Shown here: positions 18,797 through 28,199 of the stretch, piece after piece
How the letters are laid out: every line of letters starts with the position of its first letter
Position numbering within the stretch: position 1 is the stretch's first letter
DNA from: Geopsychrobacteraceae bacterium
GTDB lineage: Bacteria; Desulfobacterota; Desulfuromonadia; Desulfuromonadales; Geopsychrobacteraceae
NCBI GenBank assembly: GCA_963662315.1
Contig: OY759353.1
Location: 4,512,001 to 4,576,000, forward strand
Direction: 5' to 3'
Length of the DNA: 64,000 nucleotides
Notes under the pieces: model-generated
The model's database searches: none
The model's input: the letters and a program-made list of their open reading frames with translations, nothing else
Told to the model about the DNA's origin: nothing
Made by a program: the position numbers and the translations under genes

Positions 18797-20303
18797 TGCT
18801 GCGACCCCTGAATATGACATTATTATTGTTGGCGCTGGTCCGGTTGGTCTGACCCTGGCTAACCTGCTTGGTCCATCCGGTTTACGGGTTCTGCTGCTGG
18901 AAAAGGATGTCTCTCTGCCTGATCAACCTCGCGCCGTAGCACTTGACGATGAATGCCTGCGGATCTGGCAGCAGTGTGACCTGATTGAAGCGCTGCTGCC
19001 GTATATTGCCCAGGGGGCTGAAGGGGATAAGGTCTTTACCTATCGGCGTGCCGATAACCGGGCCATCTTCAGCCTGGAGCAGCATGGTCGCCCCTTTGGC
19101 TACGCACGTGGCAATGTCTTTCTCTATCATCATGCTCTGGTGGTTCTTCAAGATGGCCTGAAGCGTTTTGATTCGGTAGATTATCGTAGCGGTTATGAGG
19201 TCAAAAAGCTGTCTCAGACTTCCGCTACAGTCAGCGTCGATGCTGCGGCAGCGGACGGGACGCAGCGTTTTTCCGGACGTTACCTGGTTGCTTGTGATGG
19301 GGGACGCAGTACCGTGCGTGAGCAGCTCAAGCTTGCCCTTGAGGGGATGGCCTATGAAGAATCGTGGCTGATCGTCGATATCCTGAACCCGAATCTGGCC
19401 GATCAGCCCCTGACCGAAGGGGTTGAAGTGTGGTGCGATGCCCGTTGTCCGACCGCGACGATCCCCTTACCATTGGGGTACCGGCGTTGGGAATTCTTAT
19501 TGCGTAAGCATCGCTATCCCGACCCTCAGCGCTGCCTTGATAACGCTTTTATCAGAGATTTGATCAACCAGCGCAAAACGGATAATGACAGTCGATTGGT
19601 CCGTAAACTTGTTCATACCTACAAAGCCCGTATTGTTAACCGTTACCGCGCTGGTCGGGTTTTTCTGGCTGGTGACGCCGCTCATTTATCGCCACCGTTT
19701 GCCGGGCAGGGGATGGCGACCGGTCTGCGCGATGCCCATAATCTGTTCTGGAAATTGGTGCAGACCATAAATGGTACAGCTGAGCCTTCTTTGCTGGATA
19801 GCTATGAGCAGGAACGTCGTCCTCACCAGCAGAAAATGCTCGCTCTGGCACTGCGCATGGGGCGTATGATGATGCCGCGCAGTGACTTTCATGCCTCGCT
19901 GGTCAGCACATTGTTTGGAGTTGCCGGTAAATTCTCTGTTTTGCGGAAGATGCTGGAAATACGTGGTCAGAATGTGACACCGGTTTATGGACCGGTTGCC
20001 AGGGGATCTCGGTGCGGTATGCTTTTACCCCAGCCCAGATTGGCTGATGGACGCCTGTTTGATTCATTACTGGGACCGGATTATACGCTGGTCAGTTTTG
20101 GTCTTAAGCCGGAACAGGGCTTTTCAGCTGAAGAACTTAAGGTTTGGAATGCCCGAGGTTTAACTGTATTAACCATCCCTTCACAAGGGGAATTGGCTCA
20201 AGTGTTTGTTTCTTTTGACCAATGGACCGGTGGCTGCCGTAACCGTTTGCTGATTGTACGCCCGGATCGATTCGTTTGTCTTGACCGGCAGGTGAACCCC
20301 TGA
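18789..20303 (+). CDS. FAD-dependent aromatic monooxygenase (MhpA-like family)
   Basis: IVGAGPVGLTLANLL, PRAVALDDE, VACDGGRS, FLAGDAAH..PFAGQG..G.RDA.NL, C-terminal VRPDRFV. Confidence 0.88.
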   Translation: MIDAATPEYDIIIVGAGPVGLTLANLLGPSGLRVLLLEKDVSLPDQPRAVALDDECLRIWQQCDLIEALLPYIAQGAEGDKVFTYRRADNRAIFSLEQHGRPFGYARGNVFLYHHALVVLQDGLKRFDSVDYRSGYEVKKLSQTSATVSVDAAAADGTQRFSGRYLVACDGGRSTVREQLKLALEGMAYEESWLIVDILNPNLADQPLTEGVEVWCDARCPTATIPLPLGYRRWEFLLRKHRYPDPQRCLDNAFIRDLINQRKTDNDSRLVRKLVHTYKARIVNRYRAGRVFLAGDAAHLSPPFAGQGMATGLRDAHNLFWKLVQTINGTAEPSLLDSYEQERRPHQQKMLALALRMGRMMMPRSDFHASLVSTLFGVAGKFSVLRKMLEIRGQNVTPVYGPVARGSRCGMLLPQPRLADGRLFDSLLGPDYTLVSFGLKPEQGFSAEELKVWNARGLTVLTIPSQGELAQVFVSFDQWTGGCRNRLLIVRPDRFVCLDRQVNP

Positions 20304-20313
20304 GGAGTGCTTT

Positions 20314-21519
20314 ATGGAGGGCAGTCGCCGTTTTTCAACCATGCCCCTGATTCAGGGCAGCCTGTTTCTGTTGCTGCTGATCATTCTGTTTCTGTTTGAC
20401 AATGGCGGAAGTTTCTGGCCCGGGGCCCTGTTTTTTATCATTTTGTGTGGCTGGCATTTTTATAGCGCTTCCCGCATTACGGATCCGCGCCAGCACCAGA
20501 ACATCCGTTACCTGTATATCGGTATCTATCTGCTCTGCTGTACGCTGTTGGTGTGGTTGACTCGGGGCGAAGAGGAGAGTCCTCTGTGGATTGTCTATTT
20601 TTTGCCGATTATCCTCAGCGCTTCAGTTCTCCCTTTGCGACATACCCTTGTGGTTTGTAGTGTTGCTCTGGTGTTGTTTATTTCCCATTTGCCTGCGGCC
20701 TTGTTTGTTAATGAGAATCTGCGCAGTGAGGTTCTTCCTGAATTACTTGGGTTTGGGATCATGTTTTTTCTGGTTGGCACCCTGGTTCAGGACTTTGCAC
20801 AGCGACACAGGCAGCATCTTTTGCAGCTTGAACAGACGGAAAAACAGTTGCGCTCCAAGGAACGTCTGGCCTCATTGGGGGAACTCTCTGCTGGAATCGC
20901 TCATGAAATTCGTAATCCGCTGGGGATCATTTCCTCTTCTGCTCAGATGCTTGAAGCTGGCAATATTTCCGAGCCGGATCGGCAGCTTCTTGATATTATT
21001 CAGGAAGAAGCCAGCCGTTTGAACAGCTTGATTCGTGATTTTCTATTTTTTGGACGTCAGCTCGAGCCACATATTGAATCCTGTAATCTTGCCGAGCTTC
21101 TTAAGCGCCAGACAGAAGCATTACAGGTCACCGCTCAACAACGTCGCGTGGCGTTGACATTGACGGTCAAAAGCCCTGACTGCCAGGCTGATATTGATGC
21201 CGGCATGATCCAGCAGGTGGTCCTTAATCTGCTGCTCAATGCTCTTGATGCAACTGCTGAGCATGGGCATGTCAATGTCACCCTTGATCAGCAACAGCAT
21301 AATATCGTGATTTCTGTAAGCGATGACGGGGCAGGTATTGCCGCTGAGCATATGGAGCGCATATTTGATCCCTTTTTTACGACCAAGGGGCATGGAACAG
21401 GTTTGGGTCTGGCGAATTCCTACAAAATTATCCAGAGTCATGGTGGGGAAATACTGGCCACCAGTCAGCCTGAAGGAGGGACACGGATGACGATTGTTTT
21501 ACCGGCTCGGGGAAAATAA
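20314..21519 (+). CDS. Membrane sensor histidine kinase with an all-transmembrane input domain
   Basis: About 5-6 TM helices, H-box LGELSAGIAHEIRNPL, QVVLNLLLNA, DDGAGI, FFTTK.GTGLGL. Confidence 0.92.
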   Translation: MEGSRRFSTMPLIQGSLFLLLLIILFLFDNGGSFWPGALFFIILCGWHFYSASRITDPRQHQNIRYLYIGIYLLCCTLLVWLTRGEEESPLWIVYFLPIILSASVLPLRHTLVVCSVALVLFISHLPAALFVNENLRSEVLPELLGFGIMFFLVGTLVQDFAQRHRQHLLQLEQTEKQLRSKERLASLGELSAGIAHEIRNPLGIISSSAQMLEAGNISEPDRQLLDIIQEEASRLNSLIRDFLFFGRQLEPHIESCNLAELLKRQTEALQVTAQQRRVALTLTVKSPDCQADIDAGMIQQVVLNLLLNALDATAEHGHVNVTLDQQQHNIVISVSDDGAGIAAEHMERIFDPFFTTKGHGTGLGLANSYKIIQSHGGEILATSQPEGGTRMTIVLPARGK

Positions 21520-22890
21520 ATGGCGCATATTCTGATTGTTGATGATGAAAAAAACTATCGGATTATCCTGACCCGGTTATTGACGGAAGCCGGTTACCAG
21601 GTAACCACGGAAGAAAATCCGTTTGCGGCGCTGGAAGTGCTAGCGCGTGAAAATGTGGATCTGGTGATCTCCGATTTACGTATGCCACGGATGGATGGTA
21701 TGGAATTTTTCCGCACCGTCAAGCAGCAGTACGCGTCTCTTCCCGTTGTCATCATGACTGCTTTTGCAACGGTTGAAACAGCACTTCAGGCGATGAAGCA
21801 GGGAGTCTTTGACTACCTGACCAAGCCGTTTAAAAACGACGAAATTCTGCTGGTGGTTGGCAAAGCTCTGGAGTTTGCCCGGTTGCGCAAGGAGAATGAT
21901 CTGCTACGGCGCCAGCTTGGACAGAGTGAAACGCGGGAGCTGCTTGGTGACAGCCCGTCTATGCGGCAACTGCGGGATGAAATCAGGCGGATCGGGCCAG
22001 CACCAAGCTCGGTCTTAATTACCGGAGAAAGCGGCACCGGTAAAGAACTGGTGGCGCGGGGGTTACACCGAGCCAGTCAGCGTAGTGACGGTGCCATGGT
22101 CTGTGTCAATTGTGCGGCTTTTTCTGAAAATCTGTTGGAAAGTGAGCTGTTCGGCCATGAGCGCGGAGCATTTACCGGGGCCGGAGAACGTAAACGTGGT
22201 TTACTGGAAATGGCAGCTGGAGGGACGCTGTTCCTCGATGAGATCGGTGAGATGTCGCTGGCTCTGCAGCCTAAACTGTTGCGCGTACTGCAGGAAAGAA
22301 GCTTTCGGCGTATTGGTGGTAGCCACGAAATTTCCTGCGATGTGCGTATTATCGCGGCGACCAATCGGGACCTGGTCGCCATGATTGCCAGCGGACAGTT
22401 CCGCGAAGATCTTTACTATCGTCTCAATGTTATTCCCCTGAAATTACCGCCATTGCGTGAGCGTAGCGAAGATATTCCCTTATTGGCCTTTCATTTCTTG
22501 AATTTTTTCTCGCGCAAACTGGGTCGTTCCGTTCAGGGGTTTGCTGCCGATACCCTCTCTTTGTTGCAGGCATACGACTGGCCGGGGAATATTCGTGAGT
22601 TGCAGAACGTGATTGAGCGCGGTGTTATCTTCTGCCGGGGTGAGCAACTATTGCCTGATGATCTTCCCGCTTCTCTGAGTAATCTTACTCATGCTGTTAC
22701 CGACAGGCCGGTAGCACAACCGGGTTTTGACAAGCCGCTGCCAGAGAAGCTTGATGATTTTGAGGCTAGCCTGGTTCGCCAGGCCATGGTCGAAGCACGT
22801 GGTATTCAGGCTTCGGCAGCCAAGCTGTTGGGGATCAGTCGCAGCAATCTGCAATATAAACTGCGCAAGTTTGGGTTGAGCAGCGATTGA
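21520..22890 (+). CDS. Sigma54-dependent response regulator (NtrC/AtoC family: REC-AAA+-HTH)
   Basis: Receiver domain, GESGTGKE, ESELFGHERGAFTGA, FLDEIGE, WPGNIREL, C-terminal Fis-type HTH. Confidence 0.95.
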   Translation: MAHILIVDDEKNYRIILTRLLTEAGYQVTTEENPFAALEVLARENVDLVISDLRMPRMDGMEFFRTVKQQYASLPVVIMTAFATVETALQAMKQGVFDYLTKPFKNDEILLVVGKALEFARLRKENDLLRRQLGQSETRELLGDSPSMRQLRDEIRRIGPAPSSVLITGESGTGKELVARGLHRASQRSDGAMVCVNCAAFSENLLESELFGHERGAFTGAGERKRGLLEMAAGGTLFLDEIGEMSLALQPKLLRVLQERSFRRIGGSHEISCDVRIIAATNRDLVAMIASGQFREDLYYRLNVIPLKLPPLRERSEDIPLLAFHFLNFFSRKLGRSVQGFAADTLSLLQAYDWPGNIRELQNVIERGVIFCRGEQLLPDDLPASLSNLTHAVTDRPVAQPGFDKPLPEKLDDFEASLVRQAMVEARGIQASAAKLLGISRSNLQYKLRKFGLSSD

Positions 22891-22944
22891 TGCCTGTGTC
22901 GATCTGAATAGCGATTAAAATTTTAGGCATCAGAATCGTTGCGG

Positions 22945-22992
22945 TGGGGAGATATGTACAAAAATTTGTACATATCTCCCCATTTTTATTTT
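22945..22992 (+). terminator. Long hairpin plus T tract after the two-component genes (terminator; may also be a protein-binding palindrome)
   Basis: 18-bp perfect inverted repeat TGGGGAGATATGTACAAA / TTTGTACATATCTCCCCA followed by TTTTTATTTT. Confidence 0.7.
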
Positions 22993-23005
22993 AACAGCCT
23001 TATGA

Positions 23006-23018
23006 ATTCAATGAGTTA
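23006..23018 (+). promoter_or_regulatory. Candidate IHF site
   Basis: ATTCAATGAGTTA, one mismatch to WATCAANNNNTTR, just upstream of the -24 element. Confidence 0.45.
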
Positions 23019-23023
23019 TGAAT

Positions 23024-23040
23024 TTGGCACATTGCATGCT
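23024..23040 (+). promoter_or_regulatory. Sigma54 (-24/-12) promoter of the T3PKS operon
   Basis: TTGGCACATTGCATGCT: GG at 23026-27 and GC at 23038-39 with exact 10-nt spacing; adjacent to a sigma54 activator gene. Confidence 0.8.
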
Positions 23041-23108
23041 CATAGTCAGGTGCGGTCAGATTCACGGAATAAAGCCAGGTTGAAATTGTTAGATGGGGCA
23101 GCGTCGTT

Positions 23109-23495
23109 ATGCATGAAAATCTTAAAAGTAACCGCAAAATTCTGATTGTTGACGATGAAAAAAATTACCGGATTATCCTGTCCCGATTGTTCAGCAGGGC
23201 CGGATATCAGGTGCTGACTGCAGCTGGGGTGGAAGAATCTATGACACTGTTGCGACAGGAACGGGTTGACCTGGTGTTGACCGACGTTTATCTGTCCGGA
23301 GCCAATGGCTTGACCCTGTGTCAAAAGATTCAGGACCTGACCGGCGGAACCCCATGTATGGTTTTTAGTGCCTGCCTTCCCTCCCGAAACAAACGCGAAA
23401 ATGAGGAAGCTGGTATTATTGATTATATTGCCAAACCTTTTGACGTCAGCGAACTGCTGGCCAAGGTGGAACAGGTTCTCTTCGATAGGGCCTGA
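23109..23495 (+). CDS. Single-domain response regulator, paralog of the NtrC-like receiver
   Basis: ILIVDDEKNYRIIL, DLVLTD phosphoacceptor, FSA, IAKPF. Confidence 0.9.
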   Translation: MHENLKSNRKILIVDDEKNYRIILSRLFSRAGYQVLTAAGVEESMTLLRQERVDLVLTDVYLSGANGLTLCQKIQDLTGGTPCMVFSACLPSRNKRENEEAGIIDYIAKPFDVSELLAKVEQVLFDRA

Positions 23496-23509
23496 AAGGA
23501 GGAGATTTC

Positions 23510-24097
23510 ATGATCAAAATAATCTGCATGTCTTTGACTTTGCTTGTCGTGCTCCTGACTGTGGTTGCTGGCGCCACAGATCTGAACGGTTCTTGTCAGA
23601 TCCGTTTTCGTGGTGACTCCACTCTGCATGGCTTTAGTGGGGTGGCCAGTTGCGAACCCTTTACCTTTCAAGAGCTTGACGGGCAGGGGACAGAGCTTAT
23701 GTTTCAGGATGGCAGCGTCAGGGTGGCTGTTAAGCGCATGGATACGGATAATGACAGCCGTGATGCGAGCATGTTTAAAATGTTCGACGCTGATCATTTC
23801 CCTTTTATTATCGGCCATTTCCCCCAGTTCAACCCCCAGCACCTTATGGCCCGTATCCAGAGTGAAAAGCGTCTGCCCTTTGACTTGACCATCCGTGATG
23901 TCACGAACAACGTCAATGCCACGCTTAAAAATATCAATCTGGCAGGAAAGCAGCTCTCCTTCACGGCTGAGTTCCCTGTTTCTCTGGCCAGTTTTAACCT
24001 TGAACCACCAGGCGTATTGGGCATTATCCGGGTTGCTGATGAAGTTCAGGTTAGCGTTGAAGTGACAATAGAAAGTGCGGCCCTGGCTGCGCCATAG
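23510..24097 (+). CDS. YceI-family lipid/polyisoprenoid-binding periplasmic protein
   Basis: Signal peptide; IRFRGDSTLHGFSG, MDTDNDSRD..M, FPFI, LTIRDVT, F.LEPP; AGGAGG RBS. Confidence 0.82.
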   Translation: MIKIICMSLTLLVVLLTVVAGATDLNGSCQIRFRGDSTLHGFSGVASCEPFTFQELDGQGTELMFQDGSVRVAVKRMDTDNDSRDASMFKMFDADHFPFIIGHFPQFNPQHLMARIQSEKRLPFDLTIRDVTNNVNATLKNINLAGKQLSFTAEFPVSLASFNLEPPGVLGIIRVADEVQVSVEVTIESAALAAP

Positions 24098-24146
24098 CCT
24101 TGTTACCCTGTTCGGGTGACAGTCTCAGAACCTAAAGGAGTCTCCT

Positions 24147-25307
24147 ATGTCCGTTTGGATCCATCATATAGAAACCATGACCCCCGATTATGTTTATCCT
24201 CAGGAATTTGCTTCGTTGAAGATGCAAAGTTGGCTGGAGGATGAAAAAATGGCCCGTATGGTGCGCGTTTTATACAAAAAGTCAGGGATTGATACCCGTT
24301 ACAGTGTTATCTCCAGTTTTGATGATAACCTGCCCGGGGACTTTTTCAGCCGCGATGAACAGGGGCGCAGACGCGAACCGACGACCGCGGTGCGTAATGA
24401 TATTTATGCCCGTGAATCGCGCCGGTTGGCGGTAAAATTGGCCCGCCAGGCAGTTGCTTCCTGTCCGGGGCTGACGCTGGCCGATATTACTCACGTGGTG
24501 ACCGTGTCGTGCACCGGTTTCAGTAATCCCGGAATTGATTATCATATTGTCAATGATCTGGGGCTGGTGCCGCAGACCCAGCGTTATAATATCGGGTTTA
24601 TGGGCTGCTATGCGGCGTTTCCCGGGTTACGTATGGCCCAGCAGTTTTGCCAGGCAAATCCCAAGGCCGTTGTCCTGGTTATGTGCCTGGAACTGTGCAC
24701 CCTGCATCTGCAGCTGAATGAACGTGAAGATACCATGCTGGCCAACTCGCTGTTCAGTGATGGCGCTGCCGCAGTATTGGTCAGTGCGCGCCCCTTGGCT
24801 TCCGGGCAAGCGGGCTATCGTCTTGGAGATTTCCGCAGTGATCTGATTCCGGATGGCCTGGCCGATATGGCCTGGTCGGTCGGTGATCACGGTTTTGATA
24901 TCGCCCTGTCGAGTTATGTTCCGAAAATCATCGGCGCGAACATCGTAGCGGCCATTAATCCGATGCTGAAAGAGAGTGGTCTTTCAGGAGTTGATATTGG
25001 TCACTGGGCCGTTCACCCTGGAGGGAAGGCGATTGTTGACAAGGTTGCTGACAGTCTGGAATTGCGGCCTGATCAGATCGCTCCGTCACGCACCGTGCTG
25101 CGTGATTACGGCAATATGAGCAGCGCCACGGTACTGTTCGTTCTCAAAGAAATCCTGGCGCAGCATGACAGTGGTGAAAGGGAGAATGTCTGTGCCATGG
25201 CGTTCGGCCCCGGACTGACTGTAGAGATGGGGCTGCTTGAAGCATATCGACCCGGTGTGGCACAAAAATCTGTGACTCGCCATGAGTCGGTTGCTGCTGA
25301 TTATTGA
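24147..25307 (+). CDS. Type III polyketide synthase (chalcone/stilbene synthase family)
   Basis: Catalytic triad contexts GFMGCYAA, WAVHPGG, YGNMSSAT; also VSCTG, ELCTLH, LFSDGAAA, AFGPGLTVE. Confidence 0.95.
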   Translation: MSVWIHHIETMTPDYVYPQEFASLKMQSWLEDEKMARMVRVLYKKSGIDTRYSVISSFDDNLPGDFFSRDEQGRRREPTTAVRNDIYARESRRLAVKLARQAVASCPGLTLADITHVVTVSCTGFSNPGIDYHIVNDLGLVPQTQRYNIGFMGCYAAFPGLRMAQQFCQANPKAVVLVMCLELCTLHLQLNEREDTMLANSLFSDGAAAVLVSARPLASGQAGYRLGDFRSDLIPDGLADMAWSVGDHGFDIALSSYVPKIIGANIVAAINPMLKESGLSGVDIGHWAVHPGGKAIVDKVADSLELRPDQIAPSRTVLRDYGNMSSATVLFVLKEILAQHDSGERENVCAMAFGPGLTVEMGLLEAYRPGVAQKSVTRHESVAADY

Positions 25308-27606
25308 CCGCAAGAGAGGATTGTTTCCTGTGCTTTTCGATACCTGGTTGCGCTGGATCACCGGTCGTGGCAGATGGCCGGTTCTGGCCGTGTTGCTGTT
25401 GGTTACGATTTCTCTGGGGATGCCCCTGACGCGCTTGACGGTCGAGGGGGATCCACGCTCCATGACTTCTCAACTCCCGGACCAGCAACAACTCCACCAA
25501 CAATTGCTCAAGACCTTCGGTAACGATGAGACTCTGTTTCTGAGTGTTACGCCGCCGCAGCTGCAAAGTTCTGAAGGTATCCATCTTGTTGCTGAACTGA
25601 ATGCGCGGATTGGCCGTTTGCCAGGCGTGGCCCAGGTACTGAGTCTCACTTCTGCGCTGCAGCTGGTTCCGGGACGTTATGGCGCAGAGAGCAGACCGCT
25701 GTTACCCGGTGATGACGCTGGCGCAGATTGGCCTGCCTTGCTCAGGTCCGCGCTGGAGCAGAATCCGCAGTATAAAAATTTGCTGGTTTCACAGGATGGG
25801 CACAGTGCCGGATTCCTGATTCGACCCGTGTTGGGTCAGGCCGATAATGATCTGCCTGACTTGATCTCCAGGGTCCGCGAGGTGATGACGGATTATTCGG
25901 CTCAAGCACAGTTTCATCTGACCGGAGTTGCGGTCCAGAAGCATGATGTCGTCGCATTTATTCAGCGTGATCAACGGGTTGTCCTGCCCCTGGTGGTGGT
26001 TGTCCTCGGCGTGTTGCTGGCACTGATCTTTCGCCATATGACAGGTGTGCTCCTGCCGCTGCTAACAACGGGCATCAGTCTGATCTGGACATTGGGACTG
26101 TATGCCCTGGCCGGATTTGCCATGAACACCATCAGCTCCCTGTTGCCTCCTGTGGTGATGATTCTGAGTATTTCGAATGCCGTGCATCTTTACAATGGCT
26201 GGCTAATGCTTCCGGTTTCAGCTGACAATGACCTTTCCGCCTGGCAGCAGCGCGTCAAGGAACTTGCCGTGCCTTGTTTTCTTACCGCGTTAACGACGGC
26301 CCTCGGGTTAATGTCCCTGACGGTCAGTTCAATTCCGGCCGTGCGTCAGTTCGGATGGTTTGGAGCCATTGGAGTGCTCTTCTCGCTGGTTATCTCGCTG
26401 ACCTTTCTGCCGCTTGCCCTGACCTTTTTCCGCGTACCGCAAAAAAGCTACCGCAGAACAACGGGTGTGTTAGGCAAGGTGCTGAAGTCCATCTCGAACT
26501 TAACCCTCAACTATCCGTGGCTGATCATATTCGCTACCCTGTTATCGCTGTTATTGACCGTGATTGCCCTGCCGGAGGTGCAAAATAATACCCGTCTGAC
26601 CGGATTTTTCCGCGTGGATACTGACCTGGCCGTGGCCAGTACCTTTGTTGATGAACACTTCGGCGGTATTAACGCCTTGGAATTTCTGCTCGAAAAGAGC
26701 GATGGAACGGCTTTTCGACAACTCGACGATTTCCGGAAACTGGATATGTTTGCAGCAACTGCTCTTAAGCAGGAGGCGGTTCAGAAAGTTTTTTCTCCTT
26801 TACCTCTGTTGCGCCAACTACAGCGGGCCGAGACGGGTGAGGACAAGTTGATGCTACCCGAAAGCCAGGACGATCTTGACTATCTGTTAACCTTGCTGCA
26901 ACAGCCGGAGGCCGCTGCGATAGCCAGACAATTTATCAGTAACGACCATAAAACCGTGCGGCTGACGCTGCTTTTGAGTGATGTAGGCAGTCGAAAAGCG
27001 CTTGCCGTTGTCAATGATCTGCAGCGGAGCGGGAAAAGTATTTTTGGTGAGGCCTACACGCTGCTACCGACCGGGAGTTTTTACCAGGTTATCAGCGATT
27101 CCGGGCAATTGGTCAGCGCTATGTTGAAGAGTTTTGCGCTGTCGCTGGTGATGGTGATGATTGTTCTGCTGGGGTTACTGCGTAATTTACGCCTGACCCT
27201 GATCGCCCTGATTCCCAATATCATTCCGATTGTCTGGGTTCTGGGGGTGATGGGATGGACCGGAATAGATCTGAGTACCGGTACGGCGATGATTGGTGCC
27301 GTCGCTTTTGGCTTGGCCGTCGATGATACGATTCATTATCTGGTCAGTTTTAACCGGCTGCAGGGTCATTCTGTGGCTGAGCGTATTCGTTTGACAACAA
27401 CCCGGGTCGGGCGGGCTTTGGTTATTTCAACCGTCATTTTAGCCCTTGGCTTCTGGACCGGTTGTTTCGGTAGTTTCAAGCCAACAATCTATTTTTCATT
27501 CCTGGTCGGGGGTACGCTGTGTGGCGCGTTACTCTGTGATCTGCTGGTTTTACCGACCAGCCTGTTATTGTGGAGCCCTGTGGAGATCAAGGAGCGGCAG
27601 GTATGA
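25282..27606 (+). CDS. MMPL/RND-family membrane transporter
   Basis: Two repeats of TM-periplasmic domain-5TM; LTTALGLMSL and GLAVDDTIH motifs. Confidence 0.9.
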   Translation: MSRLLLIIDRKRGLFPVLFDTWLRWITGRGRWPVLAVLLLVTISLGMPLTRLTVEGDPRSMTSQLPDQQQLHQQLLKTFGNDETLFLSVTPPQLQSSEGIHLVAELNARIGRLPGVAQVLSLTSALQLVPGRYGAESRPLLPGDDAGADWPALLRSALEQNPQYKNLLVSQDGHSAGFLIRPVLGQADNDLPDLISRVREVMTDYSAQAQFHLTGVAVQKHDVVAFIQRDQRVVLPLVVVVLGVLLALIFRHMTGVLLPLLTTGISLIWTLGLYALAGFAMNTISSLLPPVVMILSISNAVHLYNGWLMLPVSADNDLSAWQQRVKELAVPCFLTALTTALGLMSLTVSSIPAVRQFGWFGAIGVLFSLVISLTFLPLALTFFRVPQKSYRRTTGVLGKVLKSISNLTLNYPWLIIFATLLSLLLTVIALPEVQNNTRLTGFFRVDTDLAVASTFVDEHFGGINALEFLLEKSDGTAFRQLDDFRKLDMFAATALKQEAVQKVFSPLPLLRQLQRAETGEDKLMLPESQDDLDYLLTLLQQPEAAAIARQFISNDHKTVRLTLLLSDVGSRKALAVVNDLQRSGKSIFGEAYTLLPTGSFYQVISDSGQLVSAMLKSFALSLVMVMIVLLGLLRNLRLTLIALIPNIIPIVWVLGVMGWTGIDLSTGTAMIGAVAFGLAVDDTIHYLVSFNRLQGHSVAERIRLTTTRVGRALVISTVILALGFWTGCFGSFKPTIYFSFLVGGTLCGALLCDLLVLPTSLLLWSPVEIKERQV

Positions 27607-28199
27607 AAAATGTTTCAATTGTTTCGTGTTTGATGGTCATGATTTTCTCTAGCCTGTCACTCGCCTATAGCGGAGCCCCTGAAACAATTTTGCAAAGAGT
27701 TGTAGTTCCGTCCGCGGATGATCCGCATGGAGAAGTTCAGCTGTTGGTCCGCAGTCATGAGGTTGTTGTCAGAACGGTGCTTTACAGCCCGATACTGAAG
27801 CGGGTTGTCGTTGTTATTGATGATAAGGAACGCAAACGCTGGACTGAAGAGAGTAAGGGGTTTGTTGAGTCTCAGCGTTACCGGGACGCGCTGTTTGAAG
27901 CCACCGGACAGGTCTGGCAAAACTTTCGTGAACGCACCAACCGCGATGAAAAACGTCAGGCTCTTGCCATTGAATTTATCAGCTCTGGAGGGAAAAGCCG
28001 GGTGGCTTTGTTCCAACCGACTCTGGCCGGGGCCATCGGAGCGTTGCAGATTGTCGAGGGTACAGACCTGGCGCACTGGACCAGTAACGGTATTTACGTT
28101 CAGGAAAATATGGTCGAAATTCTTCACGAAAACTTTGATCTTGAGCGTGACGATGCTCGGGAACAACTGAATCATCTCGTCCGAGAGGAAAGACAATGA
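27603..28199 (+). CDS. Uncharacterised secreted or periplasmic protein
   Basis: ATG overlaps the MMPL stop (ATGA); signal peptide MKNVSIVSCLMVMIFSSLSLA; stop overlaps the next start. Confidence 0.75.
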   Translation: MKNVSIVSCLMVMIFSSLSLAYSGAPETILQRVVVPSADDPHGEVQLLVRSHEVVVRTVLYSPILKRVVVVIDDKERKRWTEESKGFVESQRYRDALFEATGQVWQNFRERTNRDEKRQALAIEFISSGGKSRVALFQPTLAGAIGALQIVEGTDLAHWTSNGIYVQENMVEILHENFDLERDDAREQLNHLVREERQ

